A stretch of DNA of 64,000 nt from Alphaproteobacteria bacterium (GCA_028285105.1 JANQQE010000011.1:383856-447855), one strand, 5' to 3'. Counted from the first letter of the stretch, positions 36,696 to 46,844 are shown. Numbers and translations are program-made. The notes: generated from the letters alone by a model not told the origin.

Positions 36696-38195
36696 TCAGT
36701 TCAGGTCGAAGAATACCTGCAATTCGGCGAAGTCGGCTAGATCAACCGCCGTGTCAACATTGAAATCAAAGCATTCGCACTCAAGACCCAGCCCGGTCGG
36801 CGATTGTGCGAGGCATGCTGCGAATGCGTTGTAGTCCGTGATGTCCACGTTGATGTCGGCATTGCAGTCGCCTTCGATATCCAAGATTGCATCGTAGCTT
36901 GCGAGGGGGTCACCGATGACGACCGATTGCCAGCTTAGAAATGGAAGCGATGCGTAGGCGGCTTCTGCCCAGGTGCGTTGGTTGACCAGCATTCGGGTCA
37001 TGAGAAATTCGTTGTCGGGCTGGGCGACGGAAAACGGTTCGAAGACGTTGCCCACTGCAAACGTTCCGCCGGCGGCTACGAAGTCTGTGACCTGCTCTTG
37101 ATTGAACAGCGTGCCCAGACCGTTCAGCGCGCGGGCGTTGTATGACTCGACCGTGTTGAAGATCGCACCCTTGGCGAAGTTGAAATTGTTGATGTACGTT
37201 CCCGAGCCCGGCGGATTCGCGCCAGCCCCCTCGTTGCTGTGGTTTTCGCCGTAGGAAGCATAGCCAATCAGCGGCCGCGGCTCCTCGCTGGATTCGATGA
37301 AGTCAAACGTGCCATCATACCGCACGTTCCAGCCGTTGATGGCGAGCACAAAAAACGTGTCCTCGTAGTCGTCGCCCGGATCGATGAAAAACGGATCGTC
37401 GTCGAGTTCGTTACCGACCGTCACATCGAATTCGTCAAGAAGGATGTGCGTCGTCTCACGGTTGACGGTGATATCCTGCGAATGCGTGATCAAGTTGAGC
37501 GCATCCGTTTGCGAATTGCCGTCGATGCGACAGACAAGGTACATATCTCCCGGCGTCAATCGCGCCGACCCGCTGCTCGTCACCGCCCACCCTATGTTCG
37601 ACACATTCGCGAACGTCTTTGCAAATGTAATGAACCCACGCGAAAACGCATCGATCGCCGTCGCGCTGGTGTGGTACGGATTCTGGATCATGTTGTCGGC
37701 AAGGCTGTCCATCTGCCCGCCGGCTTCTCCGTTGCTGAGATTCTGCCACAGCAGAACGAGTTCGGAGTCGACCGATGCATAGGTGATGTCGCCGTCATTG
37801 ATTTCCGTGATGGCAGCGCCCGGATTGTCGCCCACAAGCGCGATGTCGCTGTCAAGAATGCGGTGCGGTATCGGCCGGATCAACACGATGGCAATGATGT
37901 CGCTCGGTTGCGGGATACCTGCTGCACTCAAGTGATTGCGAATCGGATCACGAACCTTGGAATTGAAATCGGCGATTGAAAGATCGGCGGTCAGCAGCGA
38001 TGCGTCATTGAGATCGACGACATTCGATGCACCGATGCCGGCGTGAGCAGCCAGATAAGCATCTTTAAGCGCCGTCCCATCGGATGACGCTGAATTGTAG
38101 ACTACGAGCGTCTGACTCTCCGAGATACCGCCAAACGCTTCGCAAGCAAGCACAACTACAAACGCGCACACCTGACCGACTCGATTTAATTGCAT
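36696..38195 (-). CDS. Secreted protein with a C-terminal dockerin-like domain
   Basis: Signal peptide MQLNRVGQVCAFVVVLACEAFG. C-terminus GDCNADINVDITDYNAFAACL...ECECFDFNVDTAVDLADFAELQ resembles the dockerin-like tails of the three giant hydrolases. Confidence 0.6.
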   Translation of the reverse strand: MQLNRVGQVCAFVVVLACEAFGGISESQTLVVYNSASSDGTALKDAYLAAHAGIGASNVVDLNDASLLTADLSIADFNSKVRDPIRNHLSAAGIPQPSDIIAIVLIRPIPHRILDSDIALVGDNPGAAITEINDGDITYASVDSELVLLWQNLSNGEAGGQMDSLADNMIQNPYHTSATAIDAFSRGFITFAKTFANVSNIGWAVTSSGSARLTPGDMYLVCRIDGNSQTDALNLITHSQDITVNRETTHILLDEFDVTVGNELDDDPFFIDPGDDYEDTFFVLAINGWNVRYDGTFDFIESSEEPRPLIGYASYGENHSNEGAGANPPGSGTYINNFNFAKGAIFNTVESYNARALNGLGTLFNQEQVTDFVAAGGTFAVGNVFEPFSVAQPDNEFLMTRMLVNQRTWAEAAYASLPFLSWQSVVIGDPLASYDAILDIEGDCNADINVDITDYNAFAACLAQSPTGLGLECECFDFNVDTAVDLADFAELQVFFDLN

Positions 38196-38322
38196 GGTTC
38201 TTTCCCCGACTCATAATCCGATGGTACGCGCGGACCGCACATCTCACGCCCTACTGCCATCGTACCTATTGCGCGCCGGGCAGTTCAAGTCATTCAGTAT
38301 GGATGGAATTCGTGGTTTCGCG

Positions 38323-38634
38323 TCAGTCGTCGTAACGATCTTCGCAGCGGTCCAACCTGCGTTCGCAATCGTCGTTGTCCTGCTTCAACTCGCGTTCCTT
38401 CCGCTCGAGGCGTTGATTGCGTTCGCGGAGTTCGTCGATTTCAGCGTAGGCGTCAGCCAACCTGCGCCGGGCATCGTCGTGGCTGCTGGTCGGTGGAACG
38501 GAGCGGGTGTTGGTGGTGCCGCGTCGCGATCTTCCGACGTTGATGCGCTCCGGCGCTTTGACCGAAACGCAGCCCATCATTGCCAACGAGGCGACAAACA
38601 CCGAAACCAATGTGATGATTTGAAGACGCTTCAT
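38323..38634 (-). CDS. Small lipoprotein with a C-terminal charged coiled coil
   Basis: ATG 38634 preceded by AAGGAG. MKRLQIITLVSVFVASLAMMGC gives a lipobox. The C-terminal RRRLADAYAEIDELRERNQRLERKERELKQDND is coiled-coil-like. Confidence 0.5.
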   Translation of the reverse strand: MKRLQIITLVSVFVASLAMMGCVSVKAPERINVGRSRRGTTNTRSVPPTSSHDDARRRLADAYAEIDELRERNQRLERKERELKQDNDDCERRLDRCEDRYDD

Positions 38635-38835
38635 TTCAGACTCCTTTCGTCCATTCTGCGTTTCGCAGCCTGTGGTGAACATGGCGTCCACGAATGCTAC
38701 CCTTCTTCGCCCTACCGCGTCAACAATCATGAATTGCCAAATGCGGCAGATGGCGATCATGGCTGGTCACCATTCGTCTGCCGACTAGACTACAGGATCG
38801 TGTCTCAAAGTTTCAATTCCTGATCTTGGCATTCG

Positions 38836-40071
38836 TTGATGAACCGAAGCGAACGCTCCATTCTGATTGTTACAGGCATCGGACACGCTTTGTGCCATTG
38901 GTGGGCGTTGCTCGTTACGGGAATCTTTGAGCCCTTGCGCGCCGACTTCGGACTGACTGGATTTCAGGTTTCGGTGCTTCCGGTGATCGGTTATGTCCTC
39001 ATGGGTGCAGGTGCATTGCCGGCTGGCTACTTTACGGATCGAATCGGTCCGAAACCGATGTTGCTTGTTTACTTTGTTTCGACGGCACTGGCGTGTGTGT
39101 CTGCCGTGCTGGCTTCGTCGGCTGTCTCGTTTGCAATTTCACTGACCTTTCTCGGAGCCGCCATCAGCCTGTACCACCCCACCGGTCTCGCGATGATTTC
39201 GCATGGATTTGAAAAACGTGGACAGGCGATGGGCATTCATGGAATTGCCGGTTCCCTTGGACTATGCGGCGGACCGTTGGCCATGAACCTTGCGAATCTC
39301 GGTGACTGGCGTCTGAGCTATTGGGTGATGGCTGGCGTCTCTTTCTTGTCAATGGTTATTCTCTTGATGCTTCCGATCGAACTTCGCGAAGATCCTAGCA
39401 AACCAGCCGAATCGACCGAGGCCCCTGTCGAAACGATCAAACCATCGTATCGCCTGTTGGCGTTTCTCTTTGTGCCGATGATGTTGACGGGGATTAATTA
39501 CCGAGCGGTGATGACGGCGCTGCCGACGTATCTTTCCGGTGGCGATGGCGATTCGACACTGGCGAAATTCTTACTGTTTCTTGTGTTCCTTGCCGGCGGG
39601 GCGAGCCAGTTCTTGATGGGACGACGTGCCGATCGGTCGCATCCGTCGAAACTGTATGCCAACCTGATCGCGTTGAGTATCCCGTTGGCGCTGCTGCTCG
39701 CCTGGTCTGGCGGTGGAAGTTACCTTGCCATCGCGATCGCGCTGGTCTTGGCTGTCGTCCACTTCGGAACCCAGCCAGTCGAAAACCTGCTTATCGCCGA
39801 ACACACGCCACATTCCCTTCGCAGCATCTCGTACGGTTTGAAGTTCACATTAACGTTCGGTCTTGGTCCGGTGGCTGTGCCATTGGTGGGCTACTTTTGG
39901 GACGAAACGGGCACATTGGCTTGGACATTCGTATTGTTTGCGTTGATTGCAACCGTGGTTGCGATGCTGATCATGCGGTTGGTTAAACTCGTAGACGCGC
40001 AATCGCTGTCTACAGGAGCGCCCGCGATCGAATCCGCGGTCAGCTTAGGGACCGTCGATCAAACCGGATAG
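38836..40071 (+). CDS. MFS transporter
   Basis: 411 aa with 12 predicted TM segments in two 6-TM halves separated by a central loop. MFS-like motif region GYFTDRIGPK. Confidence 0.8.
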   Translation: MMNRSERSILIVTGIGHALCHWWALLVTGIFEPLRADFGLTGFQVSVLPVIGYVLMGAGALPAGYFTDRIGPKPMLLVYFVSTALACVSAVLASSAVSFAISLTFLGAAISLYHPTGLAMISHGFEKRGQAMGIHGIAGSLGLCGGPLAMNLANLGDWRLSYWVMAGVSFLSMVILLMLPIELREDPSKPAESTEAPVETIKPSYRLLAFLFVPMMLTGINYRAVMTALPTYLSGGDGDSTLAKFLLFLVFLAGGASQFLMGRRADRSHPSKLYANLIALSIPLALLLAWSGGGSYLAIAIALVLAVVHFGTQPVENLLIAEHTPHSLRSISYGLKFTLTFGLGPVAVPLVGYFWDETGTLAWTFVLFALIATVVAMLIMRLVKLVDAQSLSTGAPAIESAVSLGTVDQTG

Positions 40072-43000
40072 CGCATCCCAGTCGCCTTGATTTATCACGT
40101 CGCTGATACCGTCTATATCTGCGCATCCGCAACTGGGATTGACGAAGATGTTCTGCCCGAAACAGATCGAAAACAGATGCATGTCGAACAGATCGTAGTC
40201 GCCGTCGCTGTCCATATCGCCCGGTGCCAAACAGCAATCACCCACAGTCAGCTCAGCCTCCTCACTAAATTGGAAGCAATTTGGCCCAATGGTCAGAGCA
40301 CGCTGTTCGTAGACTCCTGCATCGGACGCCTGAATCGGATCGATGGTCAGCGTATCGGTGAATGAGCCTGTGACGCGGGACGAATCCACGATGGGATTTC
40401 CGTCTTTAAACCACTGCGTAAACTGCGTTAGTCCATCGGGCGAAACGGCGGTCGCAGTCATCGTTGCCACCTCACCGGGATCGGCGCAGGTATCGGTCGG
40501 CTGATTCGTGAATATCGGCCCAACGATGCTCAACGTCATTGCCTCGGACTCGACGCTCCGCCCGCAGCCGTCGGTAATTACGCATGAGTACCCGGGCTGG
40601 TCGGCTTGATCCTCAGACGACAAATCGTCAATTGTCAGCGATGCAGACTTTGCACCGCTTACTCGCTGGCTGTTCAGAATGGGTTCGCCATCTTTAAGCC
40701 ACTGATATTGCAATTGGTACCCCACGGCTTCGATCACCACGATGACCGTAGTATCAGTGCAACTCGAATCGGAGGCTGGCGGCTGAGTCACAATGGATGG
40801 TTCAGGCGATATCGCCAATTCGACGACATCGCTTTCAAGATTCATGCAACCAATTGAAACCACGCAATGGTATGAGCCAACCGCACTTTCTCCGGCATTC
40901 GCGATTGAAAGAATCGCCGCCATCGAACCGGACACATTGACGCTGTCCGCAAGCGGCAGGCCATCTTGATACCATTGAAAGGCCGTGGCCTGCGGCGCAT
41001 TAACCACAAACTGCGCCGTTGCCAGCGGACAGACCGAAGTCGATAGCGGCTGAGCAAGGATTAAGTCGCCCGTCTCGCAGTCGTCTGGGATATCGTTTTC
41101 GTTGCAATCCGGTTCGTCGCAAACGTCTGGCTTGCCATTGCCATTGCAATCGTCATGCGCCTCGCACACATCGAGTACGCCGCTGTCGTCGCAGTCCGGA
41201 TCGATCGCATCTTCGCATGAACCACAACCGAACTGCTCGACGAGCCCCACACAGAATTCGTCCCACTCGTCATCGCAGCACGAAGGCGCATCATCACATA
41301 CACACGCCTGAATAGTGGGGTTCGAACAACCGGGTCCATGTTCGATTTCGCAGCAGTCGCCCGGACCGATGATTTCAATTTCGCAATCGTCAGGCACGAG
41401 GTTCTCATTGCAATCGCTGGAAGTCTCGCCGGCAAGATCACATTCGTCCAACACACCGTTGCCATTGCAATCGGGCGTTTCGCATTCGTCCGGAATCGCA
41501 TTGACGTTGCAGTCGGTGCTGGTCGCGCCACCAATATCGCACGCATCAACGATACCGTTGGCGTTGCAGTCGGCTTCGCATTCGTCGGGAATGCTGTTGG
41601 AGTCGCAATCGACCGGGACGGTACATGTCCCGCAGCCATACTGCTCAACGCGATAGGCACAGATACCGTCCCAGTTGACCTCGCAGCAATAAGGGTCGGT
41701 GGCGCAAACGCACGCCTCAATCGATGCGTCTGAGCATCCTTTACCTACACTACCTTCACAGCAATCGTGTCCAAATGCACCGTCTACTTCGCACGCATCG
41801 GGCACGATGTTTTCGTTGCAATCCGGCTCGCCGGTAGCGATGTCGCAGTCGTCGGGAATACCATTGCCATTGCAATCGGTCTCGCAATCGTCGGGCAAAT
41901 GGTTCGCATTGCAATCGCTGCTTGTCGGACCGATGATGTCGCAACTGTCGGCTATACCATTGTCGTTGCAATCGGACTCGCACTCATCGGGAACTCCGTT
42001 TCCGCTGCAATCGTCGCTCGATTTGTTGGCGATGTCGCAGATGTCTTGTACACCGTTGGTGTTGCAATCGTCCTGCGGTTGGCATTCGTCCGGCACACCG
42101 TCACCGTCACAATCCGGTGAAATGCCCATCCCGATATCTTCAAAATCTGGCACACCATTGGTGTTACAGTCCGGAGGCTCGGATGCGACGCTTCCGGTGG
42201 CGATGAGCGCGAAACCTTGCGCCCCTTGATTAACGACCGTCCCTTTAATCCGAATGGTCCATTCACCCACGGTCGGACCCGATACGTGAACCTGTTCGAC
42301 GTTGTTGACGCTGTCTGCCGAACCGTTGGGAGCGGATTGCCCGTTGACGAAAACGTTTCCGCGATAAAGTTGTGCCTCGGGCGAAACGACTTCGAGGTCG
42401 AGGTTGTTGACAAGCGCCGCACTGCTTCCGGTTGACGCGGAGGCCGGCGGATCGGTATAAACGAGGGTCACGCGCAACTGTTCCTCATTTTCTAGCACGG
42501 TGACGGCGTATTCCTCAACCTGCTCAGTCGAAAGTCCGGATGCGTTGCGCAGATCGTCGAGTACCACAAGATGGGTGGCATCGCCGGCAAAGTACACCGC
42601 GTTGTCTGCCAGCAACCGCCCCCACCCCTCAAGATTCGACGGGTAGCCGCCAATCCCGGTCATGTCGACGGCGGAGTTGATGAGTACCGCTTTGATCAGA
42701 GCCCCGCTTGGCGTAAAGGCATCGTCGAGATTCGCTACGCCGGAAGGATAAAATCCCTCCATAAAATACTGCCGCACCAGCGTCGCAGTTCCCGCGACGG
42801 CTGGGCACGCCATCGACGTTCCCGTACTGGGCAGCACGTTGCAGGCACTCGGCACTGCCGAAATCGTATTGCACCCAGGCGCGTAGATTTCTGGCTTACG
42901 GCGCCCATCCGCCGTTGGACCAATGCCGCCACTACAATGATTCTGCTGATTCGGCGTATCCTGCGAAGCGCCGACCGCAAGAAGGTTTTTGGCATTTTCT

Positions 43001-44130
43001 GGATTGCGGAGCGTTGAACCGTTCGTCACCGCAAGGCACGCAAAATCGTCTTCATTTTGGTACAGAAAATCATCAAAACCGCGGCAGAGTCCGTTGTACG
43101 CAGTCGTGCCGTCGTCGCCCCAACTGTTCGTATGGATTCGGGCACCCTGACTGTGATGCAGTTCGAGGTTGGTCGAGATACCGGATTCCGTAAAACTCGG
43201 TACCGGGCTGAACACCATCTTTGAACCGTAGGCGACACCGCGGCGGCTGTCATCGACGCCATTGTTGCCAGCCGCCGTGCAGGCTACGTGTGTACCGTGT
43301 GAACTGTTACCGTCGAACGAGTTGTAAAATAGAAACTTTCCGCCATCCAGCGAACAATGGTGGACATCGGGCCGGCCGTCCATAATTCCGATGATTTGAT
43401 TTTCGCCGCGAAGACCATGATCGTAAAACGGAAATTCCTGTGACACATTGCTCTGCACAATCCACCGCGTGGTGTTGTTTCGCAAGGTGATCTCAGGTGC
43501 TTCCTCAACCAACTGCACGGTCTTGATGTCTGCCAGCGATTCGACGCGATCTTCGGAGATATCTGCGAAAATGACGACACTGTCTGCAACACGCTCACGC
43601 CCATGGACCGTCGCCCCTCGCTTCCGCAACGCTACGATTGCAGTCTTGGGATCCTCATGTGCAAACAGAGTGATCATCAGACGAACCCGACCGGACTCGG
43701 CCAGTTCAATGCGCTCCGGCGTCTCAAGCGGAGCGATACGCTTCCCAATTCGCGGAGAGCATTTCCATTCGCGGCGGTACTCTCCCAACCATTGGACAAA
43801 TGGAATCGCAGCCAACTCGTCGCGCGATACACGCTTGACATCAGCAATGTAGGCATGGTCGGGCACGTATTCGTGCAGTACAACGCCAAGTTTTTGAAGT
43901 CGCGTTCGTTGACGCGCATTGATCGGCCCGGTCAATTGCAGAATCACGCGATGGGTCTTGGCAAAATCAAACTTGCGCGCGTCAAGCAAGCTGGATTCCC
44001 ATCGGGTGTCCAGTTCGCCAGCTTGCAGGAGCAGTCGGCATGACGCTTCACCGGTTTGTGGCGTTTGTTGCCCGAGCGCAGACGCGCCAAAAAAACAAGC
44101 AATAAGAATTGACAAGAAAGCGCGACGCAT
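40045..44130 (-). CDS. Giant secreted S8 subtilisin-family serine protease with DCNxNGxPDxCE repeats, two copies of a 10-Cys module, three Ig-like domains and a C-terminal dockerin-like domain
   Basis: Signal peptide. Catalytic residues in subtilase order: Asp (IGIMDGR), His (HGTHVACTAAG), Ser (GTSMACPAVAG). Tandem DCN..NG..PD.CE repeats. Duplicated module CC-x6-GC-x7-CVC-x4-CC-x3-WD-x2-C-x7-GCGxC. Three Ig-like repeats (FQWYQDG, YQWLKDG, TQWFKDG). C-terminus GDMDSDGDYDLFDMHLFSICFG...DIDGISDVINQGDWDALSGLIDGP. Confidence 0.85.
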   Translation of the reverse strand: MRRAFLSILIACFFGASALGQQTPQTGEASCRLLLQAGELDTRWESSLLDARKFDFAKTHRVILQLTGPINARQRTRLQKLGVVLHEYVPDHAYIADVKRVSRDELAAIPFVQWLGEYRREWKCSPRIGKRIAPLETPERIELAESGRVRLMITLFAHEDPKTAIVALRKRGATVHGRERVADSVVIFADISEDRVESLADIKTVQLVEEAPEITLRNNTTRWIVQSNVSQEFPFYDHGLRGENQIIGIMDGRPDVHHCSLDGGKFLFYNSFDGNSSHGTHVACTAAGNNGVDDSRRGVAYGSKMVFSPVPSFTESGISTNLELHHSQGARIHTNSWGDDGTTAYNGLCRGFDDFLYQNEDDFACLAVTNGSTLRNPENAKNLLAVGASQDTPNQQNHCSGGIGPTADGRRKPEIYAPGCNTISAVPSACNVLPSTGTSMACPAVAGTATLVRQYFMEGFYPSGVANLDDAFTPSGALIKAVLINSAVDMTGIGGYPSNLEGWGRLLADNAVYFAGDATHLVVLDDLRNASGLSTEQVEEYAVTVLENEEQLRVTLVYTDPPASASTGSSAALVNNLDLEVVSPEAQLYRGNVFVNGQSAPNGSADSVNNVEQVHVSGPTVGEWTIRIKGTVVNQGAQGFALIATGSVASEPPDCNTNGVPDFEDIGMGISPDCDGDGVPDECQPQDDCNTNGVQDICDIANKSSDDCSGNGVPDECESDCNDNGIADSCDIIGPTSSDCNANHLPDDCETDCNGNGIPDDCDIATGEPDCNENIVPDACEVDGAFGHDCCEGSVGKGCSDASIEACVCATDPYCCEVNWDGICAYRVEQYGCGTCTVPVDCDSNSIPDECEADCNANGIVDACDIGGATSTDCNVNAIPDECETPDCNGNGVLDECDLAGETSSDCNENLVPDDCEIEIIGPGDCCEIEHGPGCSNPTIQACVCDDAPSCCDDEWDEFCVGLVEQFGCGSCEDAIDPDCDDSGVLDVCEAHDDCNGNGKPDVCDEPDCNENDIPDDCETGDLILAQPLSTSVCPLATAQFVVNAPQATAFQWYQDGLPLADSVNVSGSMAAILSIANAGESAVGSYHCVVSIGCMNLESDVVELAISPEPSIVTQPPASDSSCTDTTVIVVIEAVGYQLQYQWLKDGEPILNSQRVSGAKSASLTIDDLSSEDQADQPGYSCVITDGCGRSVESEAMTLSIVGPIFTNQPTDTCADPGEVATMTATAVSPDGLTQFTQWFKDGNPIVDSSRVTGSFTDTLTIDPIQASDAGVYEQRALTIGPNCFQFSEEAELTVGDCCLAPGDMDSDGDYDLFDMHLFSICFGQNIFVNPSCGCADIDGISDVINQGDWDALSGLIDGP

Positions 44131-44541
44131 TCGCTGAATACTCTTATTTGCAGAACGAAGAAAGTCTTAAATCCTACGATCCGCCCTCGTTGCGACATCC
44201 ACTCAAAATGAACCCTGACCGGTGAGATTGTACACCAATCGTGCTGTGCGATTATAGGTATGCAATCAAACTGTATCCAAGCTTCATTCACCGCCCGATC
44301 GTTGCGACGCACTGGACAGTTTGCCTGCCGGACGCTTGCCTTGAATTCAAACCGTTAATGTGTCTGAAATTTATCCGAACTGAAGAATCCAAATGCACCC
44401 AGTACACCACTCAAACCACTCATCGCGACTGAAAAACCGATGCGGGTTGCTCGATCTCCGTCAGGCGAGCAAAATGTGTCCAAATAAATTGTGCCAATTG
44501 GGCCGGATGATTCAACTTTACTTAAACATAAGGAGTTCATC

Positions 44542-45150
44542 GTGAAAAAGACGATCGTCATTTCTGCGTTGGTTCTGGGAATGCTCTCGATTACGCTGAC
44601 CGCCGACGAAGGCGATAAACCCGCCGCCACGCCGCCAGATGCTGACATGAAGGCCGCCATGGAAAGGGTCAAGGGTTTCACCGACCCCGGCCCGAATCAC
44701 AAAGTTCTCGAACGCTTCCTCGGAAAGTGGAATACAGAAACAAGTTTCTTTATGGCCGGAAACGCTACGCCTCCGGAAAAAGGGGTATCGGAGTTCTCAT
44801 GGTTGATGGAGAATCGCTGGCTCAAATGCGAATACAGCAACTCGATGATGGGCATGGCCTACAATGGTTTTACGCTGATGGGTTATGACAATTTCAAGAA
44901 AAGCTACGTCATGACTTCCGTCACCGACATTGACACCATGATGATGCGCTCGGAAGGCGACATGGACCCATCCGGTCAATCATTGATTCTCTACGGAACG
45001 CTGGATGAATACTTGTCGGGCGAGCATGACAAGATGGTCAAGTCGGTTTGGCGGTTTGAGTCACCCACGAAGATGGTACTGGAGATTCACGATCTGCCCA
45101 TCGGCGAAAAAAACACAAAGGTCGTCGAAGTCACGTTCAACAAAGAGTAA
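44542..45150 (+). CDS. Secreted hypothetical protein
   Basis: GTG start at 44542 preceded by AAGGAG. Signal peptide VKKTIVISALVLGMLSITLTA. About 200 aa. The family is not confidently recognised. Confidence 0.5.
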   Translation: MKKTIVISALVLGMLSITLTADEGDKPAATPPDADMKAAMERVKGFTDPGPNHKVLERFLGKWNTETSFFMAGNATPPEKGVSEFSWLMENRWLKCEYSNSMMGMAYNGFTLMGYDNFKKSYVMTSVTDIDTMMMRSEGDMDPSGQSLILYGTLDEYLSGEHDKMVKSVWRFESPTKMVLEIHDLPIGEKNTKVVEVTFNKE

Positions 45151-45180
45151 TCGAGTTGCGCGATCCTTCAACTGTTAAGC

Positions 45181-46056
45181 CTATGTCTGCAAGACGACCT
45201 GAGCGTCGGCCAACAGTTCCGGTATTTCGTCGCGGATTTCGACCAATTGCTCAACGGTAACGCCCACGCAATCCAGCAGTTCTTGCGTGAATTCTTCGGT
45301 GGCTGCCGTCAATGAGAATCCATGCTGTTCCTGACAACAGAGAATGTCGGCGGTGTGTACGATCATGCCGATGCGCTTCAATTCGTCCGAGAGCTCTTCG
45401 GGATTGTGATGGTAACCCACCGCCGCCCGAAGATGCCTCGGGAATTTCCACTTGGTCGTCAACGCATCGCCAAGTTCTTGATGCGTCGGGCCGATCAGTT
45501 CACGTTCAAGGTCCAACCACGATTCCGAACCGTCGGCGCTACGACGCGCGATTTCATTCAACTGATCCGGAAACGCCTGACGCTCGATCAGAATCCCCAG
45601 GTCGTGAATCAGACCCGCCAGAAACACTTCATCATGACCGGCAACATCGCCGGCTGCAATGCAGATTCGCTTCGCGCAAACCGAGACCGCAAGGCTATGC
45701 ACCCACATCTGCTTGGCGTCAAAGTATTCAAGTTGATTGCCGCTTTTGAACATGCGTGAGATCGACGCTGCGATTGAAATGTTCTTGACCGCAGACAAGC
45801 CCAACAGAACGATCGCGCGATCGACACTCGCCACCTGTCCGGGCAGACCATAAAACGCCGAGTTCACGACCTTCAACACCTTCGCCGAAAGCGCCGGGTC
45901 CTGCTTGATGACATTGTGCAGATCGCGGGCCGTGCCTTTTGGATCTTCCACAACTTCGATGATCTTCACAGTCACCTCGGGAAGCGTTGCGATTTCACCC
46001 ACAGCAGCAATGGCCTTGGCAACAATGGCTTTGTTGTCTTCCGTTTGTACTTGCAT
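45181..46056 (-). CDS. HDOD domain signalling protein
   Basis: Start ATG 46056 with AGGAG 7 nt upstream. HDOD-like helical domain with an HD-type motif (GHDEVFLAGLIHDLG). About 290 aa. Confidence 0.65.
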   Translation of the reverse strand: MQVQTEDNKAIVAKAIAAVGEIATLPEVTVKIIEVVEDPKGTARDLHNVIKQDPALSAKVLKVVNSAFYGLPGQVASVDRAIVLLGLSAVKNISIAASISRMFKSGNQLEYFDAKQMWVHSLAVSVCAKRICIAAGDVAGHDEVFLAGLIHDLGILIERQAFPDQLNEIARRSADGSESWLDLERELIGPTHQELGDALTTKWKFPRHLRAAVGYHHNPEELSDELKRIGMIVHTADILCCQEQHGFSLTAATEEFTQELLDCVGVTVEQLVEIRDEIPELLADAQVVLQT

Positions 46057-46229
46057 GATGGCTCCTACGAGCAGCGCCTGGGCGATCCCTCGCCGATCAA
46101 TTCGGCATGGCCCTACGTCCGTGTTGTACTTCGGCACGGGTTTGGGGTGTATTTAGAAGCTAATATATTGCGACTTGAAGTGAATGCGCCGTTCGATAAC
46201 GCCGCCGACAATATCGGGCGTTTTCGATT

Positions 46230-46844
46230 TCACTTTTCGAATACGCGCTGGCGTCCCATCCACATGCTTTCTCCAACGGCGGCCAAAGCAAGCAATGGTA
46301 ACGTCCAGAAAAATGTGACGGACCAGGAAGCGATCGGTGTTTGCAATTCGACCGGTTGGGTTATCGGGACTTCATGCCGCATCAATGCCAGCGCCAACGT
46401 CAATCCGATCGCGGGAAGTTCCAATAAATTCAGCAGCATTCCGATGCTGACGACAGGATCGGCGGAATTTGAAGCAGATAATTCAGCGTCATTTTTTTCC
46501 CCTTCGATATTCCACCCGAATTCCACCACCATCACACGAAGCGCCGCACCAATGGCCAAACCTGCCGCCGCGATCGTAAACCACGGAAGCAATGGCACCG
46601 ACCCACTCGCCACCAGCAGCACGCAGATGGACGCATTGTTAACAAAGATCGCCATCGCGCGCAGTGGTAGCGACGGACGCTTCAGTACCGGAACAAGCAC
46701 CCCCAACACCCACCACCGCATGACCTTCGTCAGAACGAATTCGCCAGTCGCGCACATCCCCCATCCCGAAATTGCCCCCAGCAAAAGAACGATTCCGCCA
46801 AATATTCCGGGCTTAAACAGAACTTGGATGCTTTCGACAATCAT
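46230..46844 (-). CDS. Integral membrane protein, function unknown
   Basis: 204 aa with about six hydrophobic segments. Preceded by the REP-like hairpin immediately upstream of its ATG. Confidence 0.5.
   Translation of the reverse strand: MIVESIQVLFKPGIFGGIVLLLGAISGWGMCATGEFVLTKVMRWWVLGVLVPVLKRPSLPLRAMAIFVNNASICVLLVASGSVPLLPWFTIAAAGLAIGAALRVMVVEFGWNIEGEKNDAELSASNSADPVVSIGMLLNLLELPAIGLTLALALMRHEVPITQPVELQTPIASWSVTFFWTLPLLALAAVGESMWMGRQRVFEK

Noticed and set aside
41061-42229. Alternative-frame ORFs (41061..41720 -, 41699..42229 +, 41315..41656 + and others) inside the S8 protease repeat region
   Set aside because: They are repeat-induced open frames with low-complexity S/A/T-rich translations. 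The protease frame is continuous over 1361 aa with catalytic motifs.
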